64,000 nt of DNA. It comes from Gammaproteobacteria bacterium. Its GTDB lineage: Bacteria > Pseudomonadota > Gammaproteobacteria > UBA4575. Below are positions 50,977-61,016 of this stretch, piece after piece (positions within the stretch are counted from its first letter, which is position 1; each line of letters begins with the position of its first letter). The notes under the pieces are model-generated. The model worked only from the letters and a program-made list of their open reading frames with translations, was not told where the DNA came from and did not search any database. A program made the translations under genes and the position numbers. The DNA is taken from the NCBI GenBank assembly GCA_965247265.1, contig OZ252002.1, positions 483,280 to 547,279 of the forward strand, given 5' to 3'.

Positions 50977-52824
50977 ATGGACGAAAATCAACAATCCAGC
51001 ATTAAACAACTTATCGCCAAAGGTAAGGAACAAGGGTTTCTTACGTATGCAGAGGTAAATGACCATTTACCAAGCGGTATTGTCGACCCCGAACAAATTG
51101 AAGACATTGTCAGCATGATAAATGACATGGGGATTAAAGTTCATGAACAGGCGCCAGATGCCGATAGTTTAATACTTGCCGATAATACTGCAACTGATGA
51201 CGATGCAGCTGAAGAAGCTGCCGCTGCACTGGCAACAGTGGATAGTGAGTTTGGACGCACTACAGATCCGGTTCGCATGTATATGCGTGAGATGGGAATT
51301 GTTAACTTATTAACACGTGAAGGCGAAATTAAAATTGCCAAGCGTATTGAAGACGGTTTACGTCAAGTTTTATTCGCTATTGGACACTACCCCGCAACGA
51401 TTGAAAAATTATTGTTCTTCTACTCAAAGGTTGAGTTAGAAGAATTGCGTTTAACAGATTTAATTTCAGGATTCGTGGATCCGAATGAAGATATGGATTC
51501 AATTCCTCCTCCAGCTACTCAAATAAATCAAGAAAGTAAGAATGAAAATGATACTGACTTGAAAAACTTAGAAAATTCGGATACTGATGATGAAGATGAA
51601 GAAGAAATTGATACAGGTCCAGATCCAGAAGAAGCACGAGCATATTTTAAAGGTTTAGAAAAGTTTTTTAAAAAGCTTTCCAGTACAACAGTAAGTAGCA
51701 ATGAAAAGAAACTAATCAAAGCACGCGAGGATGTGGCTGAAGAATTCACCATGATCAAACTTATGCCTAAAGTCACAGATACATTAACGGCTGATGTTCA
51801 CGTGATGATGAATCGAATTCGCACTCACGAACGACATATCATGCAAATCAGTGTCCATGATGCCAAAATGCCTCGTGCAAAATTTATTGAATCCTTTACA
51901 GGAAGCGAAACGGATATTGATTGGTCTTCTTCACATGCAAAATCTCGAGCTAAATATTCAAAGGCAGTATCAGATTTAAGTGAAAAGATCATAAAGGAAC
52001 AAGATAAGCTTGCATTAATTGAAAAAGAAACAGACCTTACAATTGCTGAGATTAAAGATATCAATCGCCGTATGTCTATTGGTGAAGCAAAAGCTCGGCG
52101 CGCAAAGAAGGAAATGGTCGAAGCAAATCTACGCCTGGTAATTTCTATTGCAAAAAAATACACCAATCGAGGGCTGCAATTTTTAGACCTTATTCAGGAA
52201 GGCAATATTGGATTAATGAAAGCGGTAGACAAGTTTGAATATCGCCGTGGTTATAAATTCTCTACCTACGCGACATGGTGGATTCGACAAGCCATTACAC
52301 GATCTATTGCGGATCAGGCACGCACAATCCGTATTCCGGTACATATGATTGAAACGATTAATAAACTTAATCGGATTTCTAGACAAATGTTACAGGAAAT
52401 GGGACGTGAACCCACCCCAGAAGAATTATCAGAGCGTATGGAAATGCCTGAAGACAAAGTACGAAAAGTACTTAAAATTGCTAAAGAACCCATCTCGATG
52501 GAAACGCCAATTGGTGATGATGAAGACACTCACCTCGGTGATTTTATTGAAGACGTGATTATTGAATCGCCGGATGATTCTGCAGCATTTGAAGGTTTAG
52601 GAGAAGCAACACGCGAGATTCTGGCCTCATTAACACCTCGTGAAGCCAAGGTATTACGTATGCGCTTTGGCATTGATATGAATACTGACCATACTTTAGA
52701 AGAGGTTGGTAAGCAATTTGATGTAACGCGTGAGCGTATTCGACAAATAGAAGCCAAGGCATTACGAAAACTTCGTCACCCGAGCCGCTCGGAACAACTA
52801 CGCAGTTTCCTTGAAATAGAATAA
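50977..52824 (+). CDS. rpoD: Primary sigma factor sigma-70
   Basis: [45 protein letters not shown]; GAGG before ATG 50977. Confidence 0.99.
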   Translation: MDENQQSSIKQLIAKGKEQGFLTYAEVNDHLPSGIVDPEQIEDIVSMINDMGIKVHEQAPDADSLILADNTATDDDAAEEAAAALATVDSEFGRTTDPVRMYMREMGIVNLLTREGEIKIAKRIEDGLRQVLFAIGHYPATIEKLLFFYSKVELEELRLTDLISGFVDPNEDMDSIPPPATQINQESKNENDTDLKNLENSDTDDEDEEEIDTGPDPEEARAYFKGLEKFFKKLSSTTVSSNEKKLIKAREDVAEEFTMIKLMPKVTDTLTADVHVMMNRIRTHERHIMQISVHDAKMPRAKFIESFTGSETDIDWSSSHAKSRAKYSKAVSDLSEKIIKEQDKLALIEKETDLTIAEIKDINRRMSIGEAKARRAKKEMVEANLRLVISIAKKYTNRGLQFLDLIQEGNIGLMKAVDKFEYRRGYKFSTYATWWIRQAITRSIADQARTIRIPVHMIETINKLNRISRQMLQEMGREPTPEELSERMEMPEDKVRKVLKIAKEPISMETPIGDDEDTHLGDFIEDVIIESPDDSAAFEGLGEATREILASLTPREAKVLRMRFGIDMNTDHTLEEVGKQFDVTRERIRQIEAKALRKLRHPSRSEQLRSFLEIE

Positions 52825-52854
52825 AATTTTTGTTTTCCTACTGCATATCTATTA

Positions 52855-52931
52855 GGGCCTGTAGCTCAGTTGGTTAGAGCAGAGGACTCATAATCCTTTG
52901 GTCGCAGGTTCGAGTCCTGCCGGGCCCACCA
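52855..52931 (+). tRNA. tRNA-Ile2 (anticodon CAT, lysidine-modified type)
   Basis: 77-nt cloverleaf GGGCCTG...CT-CAT-AA...TTCGAGT...CGGGCCCACCA; position after rpoD typical for ileX. Confidence 0.9.
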
Positions 52932-52935
52932 TTTA

Positions 52936-52948
52936 AATCAAGCATTTA
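52936..52948 (+). promoter_or_regulatory. IHF-consensus site directly 3' of tRNA
   Basis: AATCAA-GCAT-TTA matches WATCAANNNNTTR. Confidence 0.45.
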
Positions 52949-52951
52949 GCT

Positions 52952-53743
52952 GGTATTGACAAGTTAACTTTTTACACATCTACGAATTCTAGAAAAAACG
53001 TATTCTATAACGCCGTTGCACATCTCCAAGACGCAAAGGCGTTCTCCCTAAGTTGATGAAAATGCTTAGCTGATACTAAATGACGACCAAGATTGAAAAG
53101 ATTATATACCGCTGCATGTGCACTTAAAAAACGTTGCGCTTGCTGCATCGATTTAAATCGGCGCATTCCTCGCTCTCGAACTCGCGTCGGTTGATGCGAA
53201 AGCTCGGCTCGGTTATTAGCGTATTGAGAAGTATCGTGAATAGATTCTGGGATGAGTTCTCGATGTGCAACGCCATAGCTTCTTAACTTATCCGTGGCTA
53301 TTTTTCTGGGTTCACTCCCATGGTTTCTTATCAGGCGCTTAAAAAAACGCTTGGCTGCAGCGCCATCTCTGCGTGATTGCAGAAACACATCAACTACTTC
53401 GCCATCCTGATTCACCGCGCGCCATAAATAATGTTGCTTACCATGAACTTTGACGAATACTTCATCTATGTAAAATGTATCACCGTAGCCCTGGTGCTTT
53501 CGCTTCAATCGCCTGGCGTATTGAGGACCAAACTTATTACACCACATACGAATGGACTCATAACTGACTTCAATCCCGCGTTCAGCTAATAGATCTTCGA
53601 TGTCCCGATGACTGACGTTGAAGCGATAGTAGAGCCAGACGGCATATTGAATAATTTCAGATGGAAATCGGTGACGTTTATACAAGCTTTTTGATTTATT
53701 CATCCAGTAATTGTCGCCCAGATGCGTTTAACTTGTCAGTACC
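52952..53743 (-). mobile_element. IS6-family insertion sequence (792 bp)
   Basis: Terminal IRs GGTATTGACAAGTTAA / rc GGTACTGACAAGTTAA (15 of 16 match); single transposase; flanks ATTTAGCT vs GACCTGTT give no target duplication. Confidence 0.92.
53005..53703 (-). CDS. IS6-family DDE transposase
   Basis: HRFP..II.YAVWLYYRF.S.RD.E.LLAERG, IDE, YLWRAV, TDK, NNRAE.SH. Confidence 0.96.
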   Translation of the reverse strand: MNKSKSLYKRHRFPSEIIQYAVWLYYRFNVSHRDIEDLLAERGIEVSYESIRMWCNKFGPQYARRLKRKHQGYGDTFYIDEVFVKVHGKQHYLWRAVNQDGEVVDVFLQSRRDGAAAKRFFKRLIRNHGSEPRKIATDKLRSYGVAHRELIPESIHDTSQYANNRAELSHQPTRVRERGMRRFKSMQQAQRFLSAHAAVYNLFNLGRHLVSAKHFHQLRENAFASWRCATAL

Positions 53744-54071
53744 GACCTGTTGACTCAATCAAAACGTCAATTTTTTCTGATTCACAAATTGCATCTGAAT
53801 TTTGTGTATATGCATATAGTCCTTTTGAAATTGCATCATCTAATTCTATAGCGCTGTCAATTTCAATTGCGTCAGAAATCCCTGCTAATTTGTAAACATT
53901 TAATGCATTGGAAGGAGTTCTATTAGCGATTGCTGAAACTTTCAAGCCTGGCACATAGTTCACGATCTGATTAACAATGCCTTTTGCCATGAAACCTGCA
54001 CCAATCAAGCCTACACGAATTGGATTATTTTCCAGCTCTCGTTTATTAAGTGCATTATCAATGATAATCAC
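53744..54071 (-). pseudogene. Truncated NAD(P)-dependent oxidoreductase (homoserine-dehydrogenase-like/SAF-domain family), cut by IS6
   Basis: IIIDNAL..R....PIRVGLIGAGFM.KG Rossmann start; frame runs into the IS end after IESTG; GTG at 54071 with GGGAG upstream. Confidence 0.8.
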
Positions 54072-54278
54072 TATATGTTCTCCCAACTTATATAGTTCAT
54101 TCTAATTCTGTGGATTTATGGTGTGGATTTCACGTCAGTCATTATACCTTAACCAGTTGGTGGTTTCTCAGTTTTGGATCACAAAATGGATTTATACTAC
54201 GAATTTTAGAAATTTATTTATGCACTATAGTACTAATTAAATCCAGCATATTTAATATTGGTATTTGAGAGTTTTAAT

Positions 54279-54316
54279 ACATTGTTTAAGATAAAAAGGT
54301 TTATCTTAAACAATGT
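54279..54316. repeat. Perfect 17-bp inverted repeat downstream of mgtE
   Basis: ACATTGTTTAAGATAAA-AAGG-TTTATCTTAAACAATGT. Confidence 0.85.
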
Positions 54317-54340
54317 CGAATACGGATACTAAACGATCGG

Positions 54341-55696
54341 CTAAAGAAGTAGCCAAGTAGCCAAACCAAGAAAAGCAAAAATCCCAATGATATCTGTGAC
54401 GGTAGTTAGTATTACACCTCCGGCTATAGCTGGGTCAATTTTAAGTTTGCGCAGAATAATAGGTATTGTTACCCCTGCAAGGGCTGCGCAAATTAAATTA
54501 GCCATCATTGCTGCTGCAATGATTCCTCCCATTTTAACGTCTTTGAACCACGCTATGACGACCAGCGCAACAATAAGTGCCCATGCCATTCCATTTAAGA
54601 AACCAACAGCAAGTTCTTTTGTTAGTAGTAATTTAGAATTGCTACGCCCAACTTGTCCTAAAGCTAGCCCGCGAATTACCAGTGTTAATGTTTGGCTTCC
54701 GGCAATGCCACCCATGCTTGCTACTACTGGAATAAGTATTGCAAGTACAATGATATGTTCAAGTGTAGTTTGAAATAAACTAATTACCCACGCTGCAAGA
54801 AAAGCCGTAGCAAGGTTTACACCTAACCAAATTGCCCGACGGCGTGTTGATGCCACAACTGGTCCAAATAAATCTTCTTCTTCTGATAAACCTGCCATGC
54901 TAAATACGGAATGTTCGGCTTCATCACGAATGACATCTACCACATCGTCAATTGTAATTCTTCCAAGTAATTTATTGTTCTCATCAACTACTGCGGCGGA
55001 TACTAAATCAAGGTCTTCAAATAATCGTGCAATTACTGAATCTTCCGTGTTGGCTTCAAATGCTTCAGAATTGTCTTCCAAAACATTTCGCACTAACTCA
55101 GTTGATTTATTTGTTAATACTCTAGATAGTGGAAGTATGCCAATGTAATGATCGTATCGATCCACAACAATAAGTGAGTCCGTTGCGGATGGGAGTTCTC
55201 CTCGCACACGTAAGTAACGCAACACAACATCGAGTGTTACGTCTTGTCGTACAGTAACGGTATCGGTATTCATTAATCCGCCCGCTGTATTCTTATCATA
55301 AGAGAGCACTGCTTCAATGCGCTGCCGATCTTGATGGTTCATTGCATCAAGTGCTTTTTGTGTAACCGTATCGGGCAAGTCAGCTAACAAGTCAGCCAGG
55401 TCGTCAACCTCAAGACCTTCTGTGGCAGAAACTAGCGCAGCGCTATCCAAATGTTTGATTAAGCCTTTACGTACCTCATCGCCTACATATAATAGAATTT
55501 CACCATCATCATCATGATCCAACATATTCCAAACAATGCCACGTTGAGAATGCGGAAGCGCTTCTAATAAATTGGCAATTTCAGCAGGGTGTAGCGCACC
55601 TAGAATGCGACGAGCGCGCTGCATTGTGCCTGTTTGTAAAGCCTCTGTGATGATCTTTATTGTCTGAACTTGAGATTGTGCAGTTGTGTCAGACAT
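54341..55696 (-). CDS. mgtE: Magnesium transporter
   Basis: HPAEIA, TAGGLM, CBS pair, GRITIDD, MGGIAGSQ, IDPA. Confidence 0.96.
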   Translation of the reverse strand: MSDTTAQSQVQTIKIITEALQTGTMQRARRILGALHPAEIANLLEALPHSQRGIVWNMLDHDDDGEILLYVGDEVRKGLIKHLDSAALVSATEGLEVDDLADLLADLPDTVTQKALDAMNHQDRQRIEAVLSYDKNTAGGLMNTDTVTVRQDVTLDVVLRYLRVRGELPSATDSLIVVDRYDHYIGILPLSRVLTNKSTELVRNVLEDNSEAFEANTEDSVIARLFEDLDLVSAAVVDENNKLLGRITIDDVVDVIRDEAEHSVFSMAGLSEEEDLFGPVVASTRRRAIWLGVNLATAFLAAWVISLFQTTLEHIIVLAILIPVVASMGGIAGSQTLTLVIRGLALGQVGRSNSKLLLTKELAVGFLNGMAWALIVALVVIAWFKDVKMGGIIAAAMMANLICAALAGVTIPIILRKLKIDPAIAGGVILTTVTDIIGIFAFLGLATWLLL

Positions 55697-55800
55697 ATAA
55701 TTTATTTATATATTAAATTTTGTACGCTAATGCGCCGCAAGTGTAACTGCTTGAGAGCTACTTGCCAAAGAATGTGCTTAAAAAGATTTGTAACGCAGAA

Positions 55801-57537
55801 TTATTCGTTTAGTGCGTCGACCATTAGGGCAATTTTATCGGGGACTGTTGTGCTTAGTATTTTTTTAGTGGGTTTCTCAAGGTCAGAGATTTTGCTGTGA
55901 TTAATAATTTGTTTAATTTCTAACAAGTTTGAAGGGTGTGCGCTGAATTCTTGTAGCCCCATACCTAGTAAAAGACGTGTGTAACGTGCGTCACCGGCCA
56001 TTTCGCCACACATTGCTACAGGTATATTGGCACGGCGACCAGCTTGCAGGGTTAGATTTATTAGCTTGAGCACAGAGGGATGTAAAGGATCATATAAGTA
56101 GTTCACTTGGTCATCAATGCGGTCAATTGCCAAGGTATATTGAATGAGATCATTTGTTCCAATAGATAAGAAATCAAGTTGCTTAGAAAAAATATTTGCA
56201 GATAATGCGGCAGCGGGAACTTCAATCATGGCGCCAACAGGAATGTTGGGATCAAAATCGAGTTTTTCATTTTTAAGTTCACGCTTTGCTTGATCCAAAA
56301 TAGAAAAAGATTGCACGAGTTCGATATGACTTGTAATCATGGGCAATAATATTCTGACGGGTCCGCTTGCAGAGGCTCGTAAAATTGCACGTAATTGCTG
56401 CTTAAATAAATCTGTATCTTTTAAAGATCTGCGAATTGCTCGTAAACCCAACGCGGGATTCTGTGTCATCGGGCCTTGGAAATCAGGATCAAATTCTTTT
56501 TCAGCACCTAGGTCTAGAGTTCTAATTGTAAGAGGCCTGCTTTTTAATACACGAATAACTTTGCGGTATGCATTCAACTGCTCTAATTCATCGGCCGGAA
56601 CATTGCGATCAATATATAGAAATTCCGTTCGATACAAGCCAACTCCGTCAGCTCCTGATTGTTTTAACGCACTTACGTCTTCGGCTAATTCTATATTTGC
56701 TTGCAGGCTTATGCGTTGACCGTCACGTGATTTTGCAGAAACATTTCGTAAAGAATCTAATTTTCGTCGAGCTTCTTTTTGTTCACGTTGCTTTTGTCGA
56801 TATTCTTTTATGGTATTTTCGTCTACACCGGCTAAAACCATGCCGCTGCCACCATCAATTATCACTTTCTCTTCTTGCTGAAGTAATATTTTCACGTTTT
56901 GTATACCTACTACAGCCGGAATGCCGAGACTTCTTGCTAAAATTGCTGTATGTGATAGCGGCCCACCCAACTCAGTTATAAAACCTGCAATATTTTGATT
57001 TTGCATGACTACTGTGTCTGCCGGAGTAAGATCGTCTGCAACGATGATACTGCCTTTTAGAGGTCTCAGTCTCAGTTTCATTTGCACGGTATATTGCTGA
57101 TCTTTGAGGATTTGTTGGATAAGGTTAATAACATGCTCTACATCATTAATTCGTGTTCGTAGATAGTCATCTTCCATCTGCTCAAATACAGACACTAATT
57201 TGTCTCGTTGCTGCTTGAGTGCCCACTCTGCATTACAGTGTTGTTCTTGAATAATTTCGACCGGAACTTTGCGCAACATGGAGTCCTTAACCATAAGAAT
57301 GTGAGAATCGATAAATGTTGCGACATCTTTTGGAGCGTCTTCTGGAATTGTGTTTCTAATGCTGCGAAGTTGTGCTGACGCCTCATCTACAGCTGATTGA
57401 AATCGAATAACCTCAGAATCAATTTCGTGCTCTTCTAATTTTCGCTCAAATACTTCAGGTTCACCACGATTTAGCAAATGCATATTGCCGATAGCAATAC
57501 CTCTTGATACCCCAATCCCTGAAATAATTAGTGCCAT
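55801..57537 (-). CDS. ptsI: PEP-protein phosphotransferase (Enzyme I, no GAF domain)
   Basis: SHTAILAR, GVGLYRTEF, RTLDLG, SIGTNDLIQY, MCGEMAG. Confidence 0.95.
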   Translation of the reverse strand: MALIISGIGVSRGIAIGNMHLLNRGEPEVFERKLEEHEIDSEVIRFQSAVDEASAQLRSIRNTIPEDAPKDVATFIDSHILMVKDSMLRKVPVEIIQEQHCNAEWALKQQRDKLVSVFEQMEDDYLRTRINDVEHVINLIQQILKDQQYTVQMKLRLRPLKGSIIVADDLTPADTVVMQNQNIAGFITELGGPLSHTAILARSLGIPAVVGIQNVKILLQQEEKVIIDGGSGMVLAGVDENTIKEYRQKQREQKEARRKLDSLRNVSAKSRDGQRISLQANIELAEDVSALKQSGADGVGLYRTEFLYIDRNVPADELEQLNAYRKVIRVLKSRPLTIRTLDLGAEKEFDPDFQGPMTQNPALGLRAIRRSLKDTDLFKQQLRAILRASASGPVRILLPMITSHIELVQSFSILDQAKRELKNEKLDFDPNIPVGAMIEVPAAALSANIFSKQLDFLSIGTNDLIQYTLAIDRIDDQVNYLYDPLHPSVLKLINLTLQAGRRANIPVAMCGEMAGDARYTRLLLGMGLQEFSAHPSNLLEIKQIINHSKISDLEKPTKKILSTTVPDKIALMVDALNE

Positions 57538-57573
57538 GTTTTAAAAATGTATATAACCCTCTAATTTCACAAT

Positions 57574-57843
57574 CTACTCATCTTCATCGAAATAGTTGTT
57601 AAATAGATATACAATGCTATTCATCGCATCATCTTCATCTTCGCCACTAATGGTAATTGTAATTATAGAGTTTTGATTTGCAGCAAGCATCATTACACCC
57701 ATAATACTTTTCCCATTTATTTTTTTCCCTTCTTTCTCAATCTCGATTTCACTTTGGTAATTTGAGGCTAATGCAACTAATTTTGCAGCAGCTCTCGCGT
57801 GTAAACCAAGCTTATTTATTATGGTTATATCTTTGCTAATCAA
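57574..57843 (-). CDS. ptsH: HPr/NPr phosphocarrier
   Basis: GLHARAA, KSIMGVMML. Confidence 0.93.
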   Translation of the reverse strand: MISKDITIINKLGLHARAAAKLVALASNYQSEIEIEKEGKKINGKSIMGVMMLAANQNSIITITISGEDEDDAMNSIVYLFNNYFDEDE

Positions 57844-57845
57844 TT

Positions 57846-58241
57846 CTACGCCTTTGATTCACAATCAACTATGCCATCATGTGCACCACTTAGTGCTTTA
57901 TTGACGAGGTCTTTCAAACATAGTTCTGGATAGTTCATAACACGGATCAGCATTGGAAGGTTAATACCAGTAATTACATGTGTATTTATATTGCATTTAA
58001 GTTTATTGCATATATTGCTTGGTGTAGAGCCAAATATGTCTGTTAAAATCAATATTCCATCGCCTTCATCGAGTGTTGAACAAAGCTGCATAGCTTTATT
58101 TAGTACATTTTCGGGTTTGCATTTGTCTGAAACAGATATAGATCTAAAATTTAACGGCAATTCTCGAAGCATCGATTTTGCTGTAAGAAGAAGCTCATAC
58201 CCTATATTTCCATGGGTGATAGTAAGTATCGATACAGACAT
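57846..58241 (-). CDS. PTS EIIA component, mannose/fructose type
   Basis: ITHG, LTDIFGSTPSN, G.NLPML. Confidence 0.92.
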   Translation of the reverse strand: MSVSILTITHGNIGYELLLTAKSMLRELPLNFRSISVSDKCKPENVLNKAMQLCSTLDEGDGILILTDIFGSTPSNICNKLKCNINTHVITGINLPMLIRVMNYPELCLKDLVNKALSGAHDGIVDCESKA

Positions 58242-58243
58242 TT

Positions 58244-59107
58244 TTATAATTCCAAATTGCGGTGTCGTACGGAAACACTATTCGTTTCAAATTTTTGAAA
58301 AAGATCAGCTAAGACTTCTGCAATATGAACTGATCGGTGTTGTCCACCTGTGCATCCGATAGAAATACTCAGATAGCTACGGTTTTCTTTTTCAAAATGA
58401 GGTAGCCATTGTTCCACGAAATTACGAATTGAATTAATCATCTGCTTAACTTCTTCATGTGATTGTAAGTAATCAATCACATTCTGATCGTGCCCTGTTA
58501 GTTTTCGCAGTTTTTGTTCCCAATAAGGGTTTGGAAGGCAGCGAACATCAAATACATAATCTGAGTCAGTTGGAACACCATATTTATATCCGAATGATTG
58601 CAATAGAATTGTTAGGTTACTTGTATTTTCTGTATTAACGTGTTCAGAAATTAGGGAGCGCAATTGGCGTACATTTGTAGAAGTTGTATCAATTCTAAGG
58701 GCAGCAAGCAATATTACTTCTTCAAGAATTTGTTTCTCTCTTTTAATAGCATCAATTAATGGCAAACCATCTTTAGTTAATGGATGTTTTCGTCTCGTTT
58801 CGCTATAACGTTGGATTAAAGTTTCCTCATTTGCTTCTAAGTAGATTAATTCAATATTTATACCCTGTCTTTTTAGTTGTTCTAAAATTTTCGAAATCGA
58901 ACTAATGTCCTGACTTACATTACGTGCATCAACGCCAATTGCGACTTTTTCATGCAGACTAGGGGATGTGGAAGTAAGATGTTCAACACAAATAGGCAAC
59001 ATGCTTAATGGCATATTATCAATACAGTAATAATCATCATCTTCTAATGTATTAATGGCAACTGATTTGCCTGAACCGGATAAGCCGCTAATTATTATTA
59101 ACCGCAT
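58244..59107 (-). CDS. rapZ: RNase adapter / P-loop ATPase
   Basis: SGLSGSGKS, SETRR.HPL, SFG.K.G, DVR.LPNP, GCTGG.HRSV. Confidence 0.95.
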   Translation of the reverse strand: MRLIIISGLSGSGKSVAINTLEDDDYYCIDNMPLSMLPICVEHLTSTSPSLHEKVAIGVDARNVSQDISSISKILEQLKRQGINIELIYLEANEETLIQRYSETRRKHPLTKDGLPLIDAIKREKQILEEVILLAALRIDTTSTNVRQLRSLISEHVNTENTSNLTILLQSFGYKYGVPTDSDYVFDVRCLPNPYWEQKLRKLTGHDQNVIDYLQSHEEVKQMINSIRNFVEQWLPHFEKENRSYLSISIGCTGGQHRSVHIAEVLADLFQKFETNSVSVRHRNLEL

Positions 59108-59108
59108 T

Positions 59109-60071
59109 TTATTTGTTTATTGCGTTTTGTTGACGTGTGATAAAATCTTCACTAGCACTATACCCATTCTTGACAAGTAAGTGATCGCGTACGGCGGCTT
59201 CAACTAACACGGCTAAATTTCTACCTGGTGCAACAGGCAAGGAGATAGTAGGAATATTTATACCAAGAATATTCGTTATTCTTTCTGACAAACGTATTCG
59301 GTCTTCACTTTTTGGAACATGCATTTTAGGCGGTATCAATTCTATTATCAGTTTTAAATATTTATTAGATTTAATCGCACTGTCACCGTACATCTGACGA
59401 ATGTTCAAAACACCCAATCCTCTAACTTCAAGAAAGTTTTGTAACAGCTCTGGGCACGTTCCGTTTATGGTATCAGGCGCTATTCGCGCAAATTCCGGCG
59501 CGTCATCTGCAATAATTCTATGACCGCGGCATACAAGGTCTAATGCTAGTTCACTTTTACCCAGTCCACTTTGGCCCGTTATTAAGACACCTACACTAAT
59601 TACTTCCATGAATACGCCGTGATGTATTTCTTTTTCTGCTAACGATTGTGTTAAGTAATGGCGTAGCTGGTCCATGAGCTCATTACTAGATAATGAAGAA
59701 CAGATAATAGGTAAATTATACTTGGTGGAAAGATCCTTAAAGTTTTCAGGTGGAGTCAGATCATCGCTAATAAAAATTGCTGTTGATTTTCTTTGAAATA
59801 ATTGAATCAATGCGTTATTTAATACTGCGTTATCAGCGTTATTAAAAAAATTTAATTCATTTTTTCCAATTATTTGTGCTTGATTTGCATGGATCAAATT
59901 AAAATAGCCTACAAGCCCTAATTCAGATGACGTGAACGATATTTGGGTAAATGCTTTATCGCTATTTTTTTCGCCTGACCACCACTTTAATTTTAAATTG
60001 CCTTGTGTTTGAAAAAACAACTCTGTAGTGGTAAGAGCTGTAGCGTATTGGTTTGATTTGGCTGTATTCAT
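59109..60071 (-). CDS. hprK: HPr(Ser) kinase/phosphorylase
   Basis: HGVF...GVLITG.SG.GKSE.AL, ADD, LEVRGLG, PGRNLA. Confidence 0.95.
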   Translation of the reverse strand: MNTAKSNQYATALTTTELFFQTQGNLKLKWWSGEKNSDKAFTQISFTSSELGLVGYFNLIHANQAQIIGKNELNFFNNADNAVLNNALIQLFQRKSTAIFISDDLTPPENFKDLSTKYNLPIICSSLSSNELMDQLRHYLTQSLAEKEIHHGVFMEVISVGVLITGQSGLGKSELALDLVCRGHRIIADDAPEFARIAPDTINGTCPELLQNFLEVRGLGVLNIRQMYGDSAIKSNKYLKLIIELIPPKMHVPKSEDRIRLSERITNILGINIPTISLPVAPGRNLAVLVEAAVRDHLLVKNGYSASEDFITRQQNAINK

Positions 60072-60150
60072 TAATAGCTCTTACTGTTGTCAAGAGCGCT
60101 AATTATAAACTTTAAGACTAAATTTGGTTCAAGTATAAAATTAGACAGGA

Positions 60151-60618
60151 CTAGGCAGCTAGATAATTAGGATTTTGGCAAAGTATTTGATAAATACATT
60201 TTGCATCATTACAACGCGCAATGGATTGTCGAACATGTTTATTGTTTAAAAGCTCAGCTAGACTTGCAACAAACTGTAGATGATTATTATCAGTATTATC
60301 CGGCACAATCATGCAAAAAAGAAACGTAACTGGTATATCGTCTGATGATTCAAACTCTATACCTTCGTCAAGTTTTAGCATTGCTACATGGATGTTACTA
60401 AGCTCTTCTAATCTACAATGCGGAATGGCAATCCCTTTTCCTAGTCCAGTGCTTCCTAGCTTCTCGCGCGCAAGCAATGCGTCAAGAATTTTCATTTTAT
60501 TTAAGCCTGCATCTTGGTCAGTTATTGTCTCGCTTAGAATCTCAAGTGCTCTTTTTTTACTACTAACCGTGGGAGTGAATACAATCCCTTCCTCAGAGAT
60601 AAAGTCTTTTAGCTGCAT
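60151..60618 (-). CDS. ptsN: PTS IIA-Ntr
   Basis: SKKRALE, REKLGSTG.G.GIAIPH. Confidence 0.92.
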   Translation of the reverse strand: MQLKDFISEEGIVFTPTVSSKKRALEILSETITDQDAGLNKMKILDALLAREKLGSTGLGKGIAIPHCRLEELSNIHVAMLKLDEGIEFESSDDIPVTFLFCMIVPDNTDNNHLQFVASLAELLNNKHVRQSIARCNDAKCIYQILCQNPNYLAA

Positions 60619-60635
60619 GATATAGAGATTGAATG

Positions 60636-60956
60636 CTAGTTGATAGCGTGGTGTTCTACTTCACTTTGATGATGGTCTTTAAGCTTTTCTTTGTGTTTTA
60701 CTATTTGTCTATCTAGCTTATCTACTAGCGCATCCACTGCTGCATACATTCCTTCATTACTAGCATCTGCAAATATTTTATTTCCACTTACTTGCAAAGA
60801 GGCTTCTGCTTTATGGATTAATTTTTCAACTGTTAAAATTACATGTATGTTAATTACATGGTCAAAGTGTCTGGGTAATCGTTCAAATTTTTTTTCTACA
60901 TAATTTCTTAGTGCGGTTGTCACTTTTAGATGATGGCCAGTGATATTTATTTGCAT
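60636..60956 (-). CDS. hpf: Ribosome hibernation promoting factor
   Basis: MQINITGHH, MYAA.D.L.DKL.RQ..K.K.K; follows rpoN. Confidence 0.94.
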   Translation of the reverse strand: MQINITGHHLKVTTALRNYVEKKFERLPRHFDHVINIHVILTVEKLIHKAEASLQVSGNKIFADASNEGMYAAVDALVDKLDRQIVKHKEKLKDHHQSEVEHHAIN

Positions 60957-61016
60957 AATTATTCCCTCATGGCGCAGGGTTATAGTAAATCACAGAAACA
61001 AGAAAATATAAACTAT

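Noticed and set aside
52855-52931. tRNA-Met or fMet call from the CAT anticodon
   Set aside because: Paired G1-C72, no GGG/CCC anticodon stem, and position after rpoD fit tRNA-Ile2
55697-55800. M-box riboswitch upstream of mgtE
   Set aside because: Only 104 bp and no recognisable consensus
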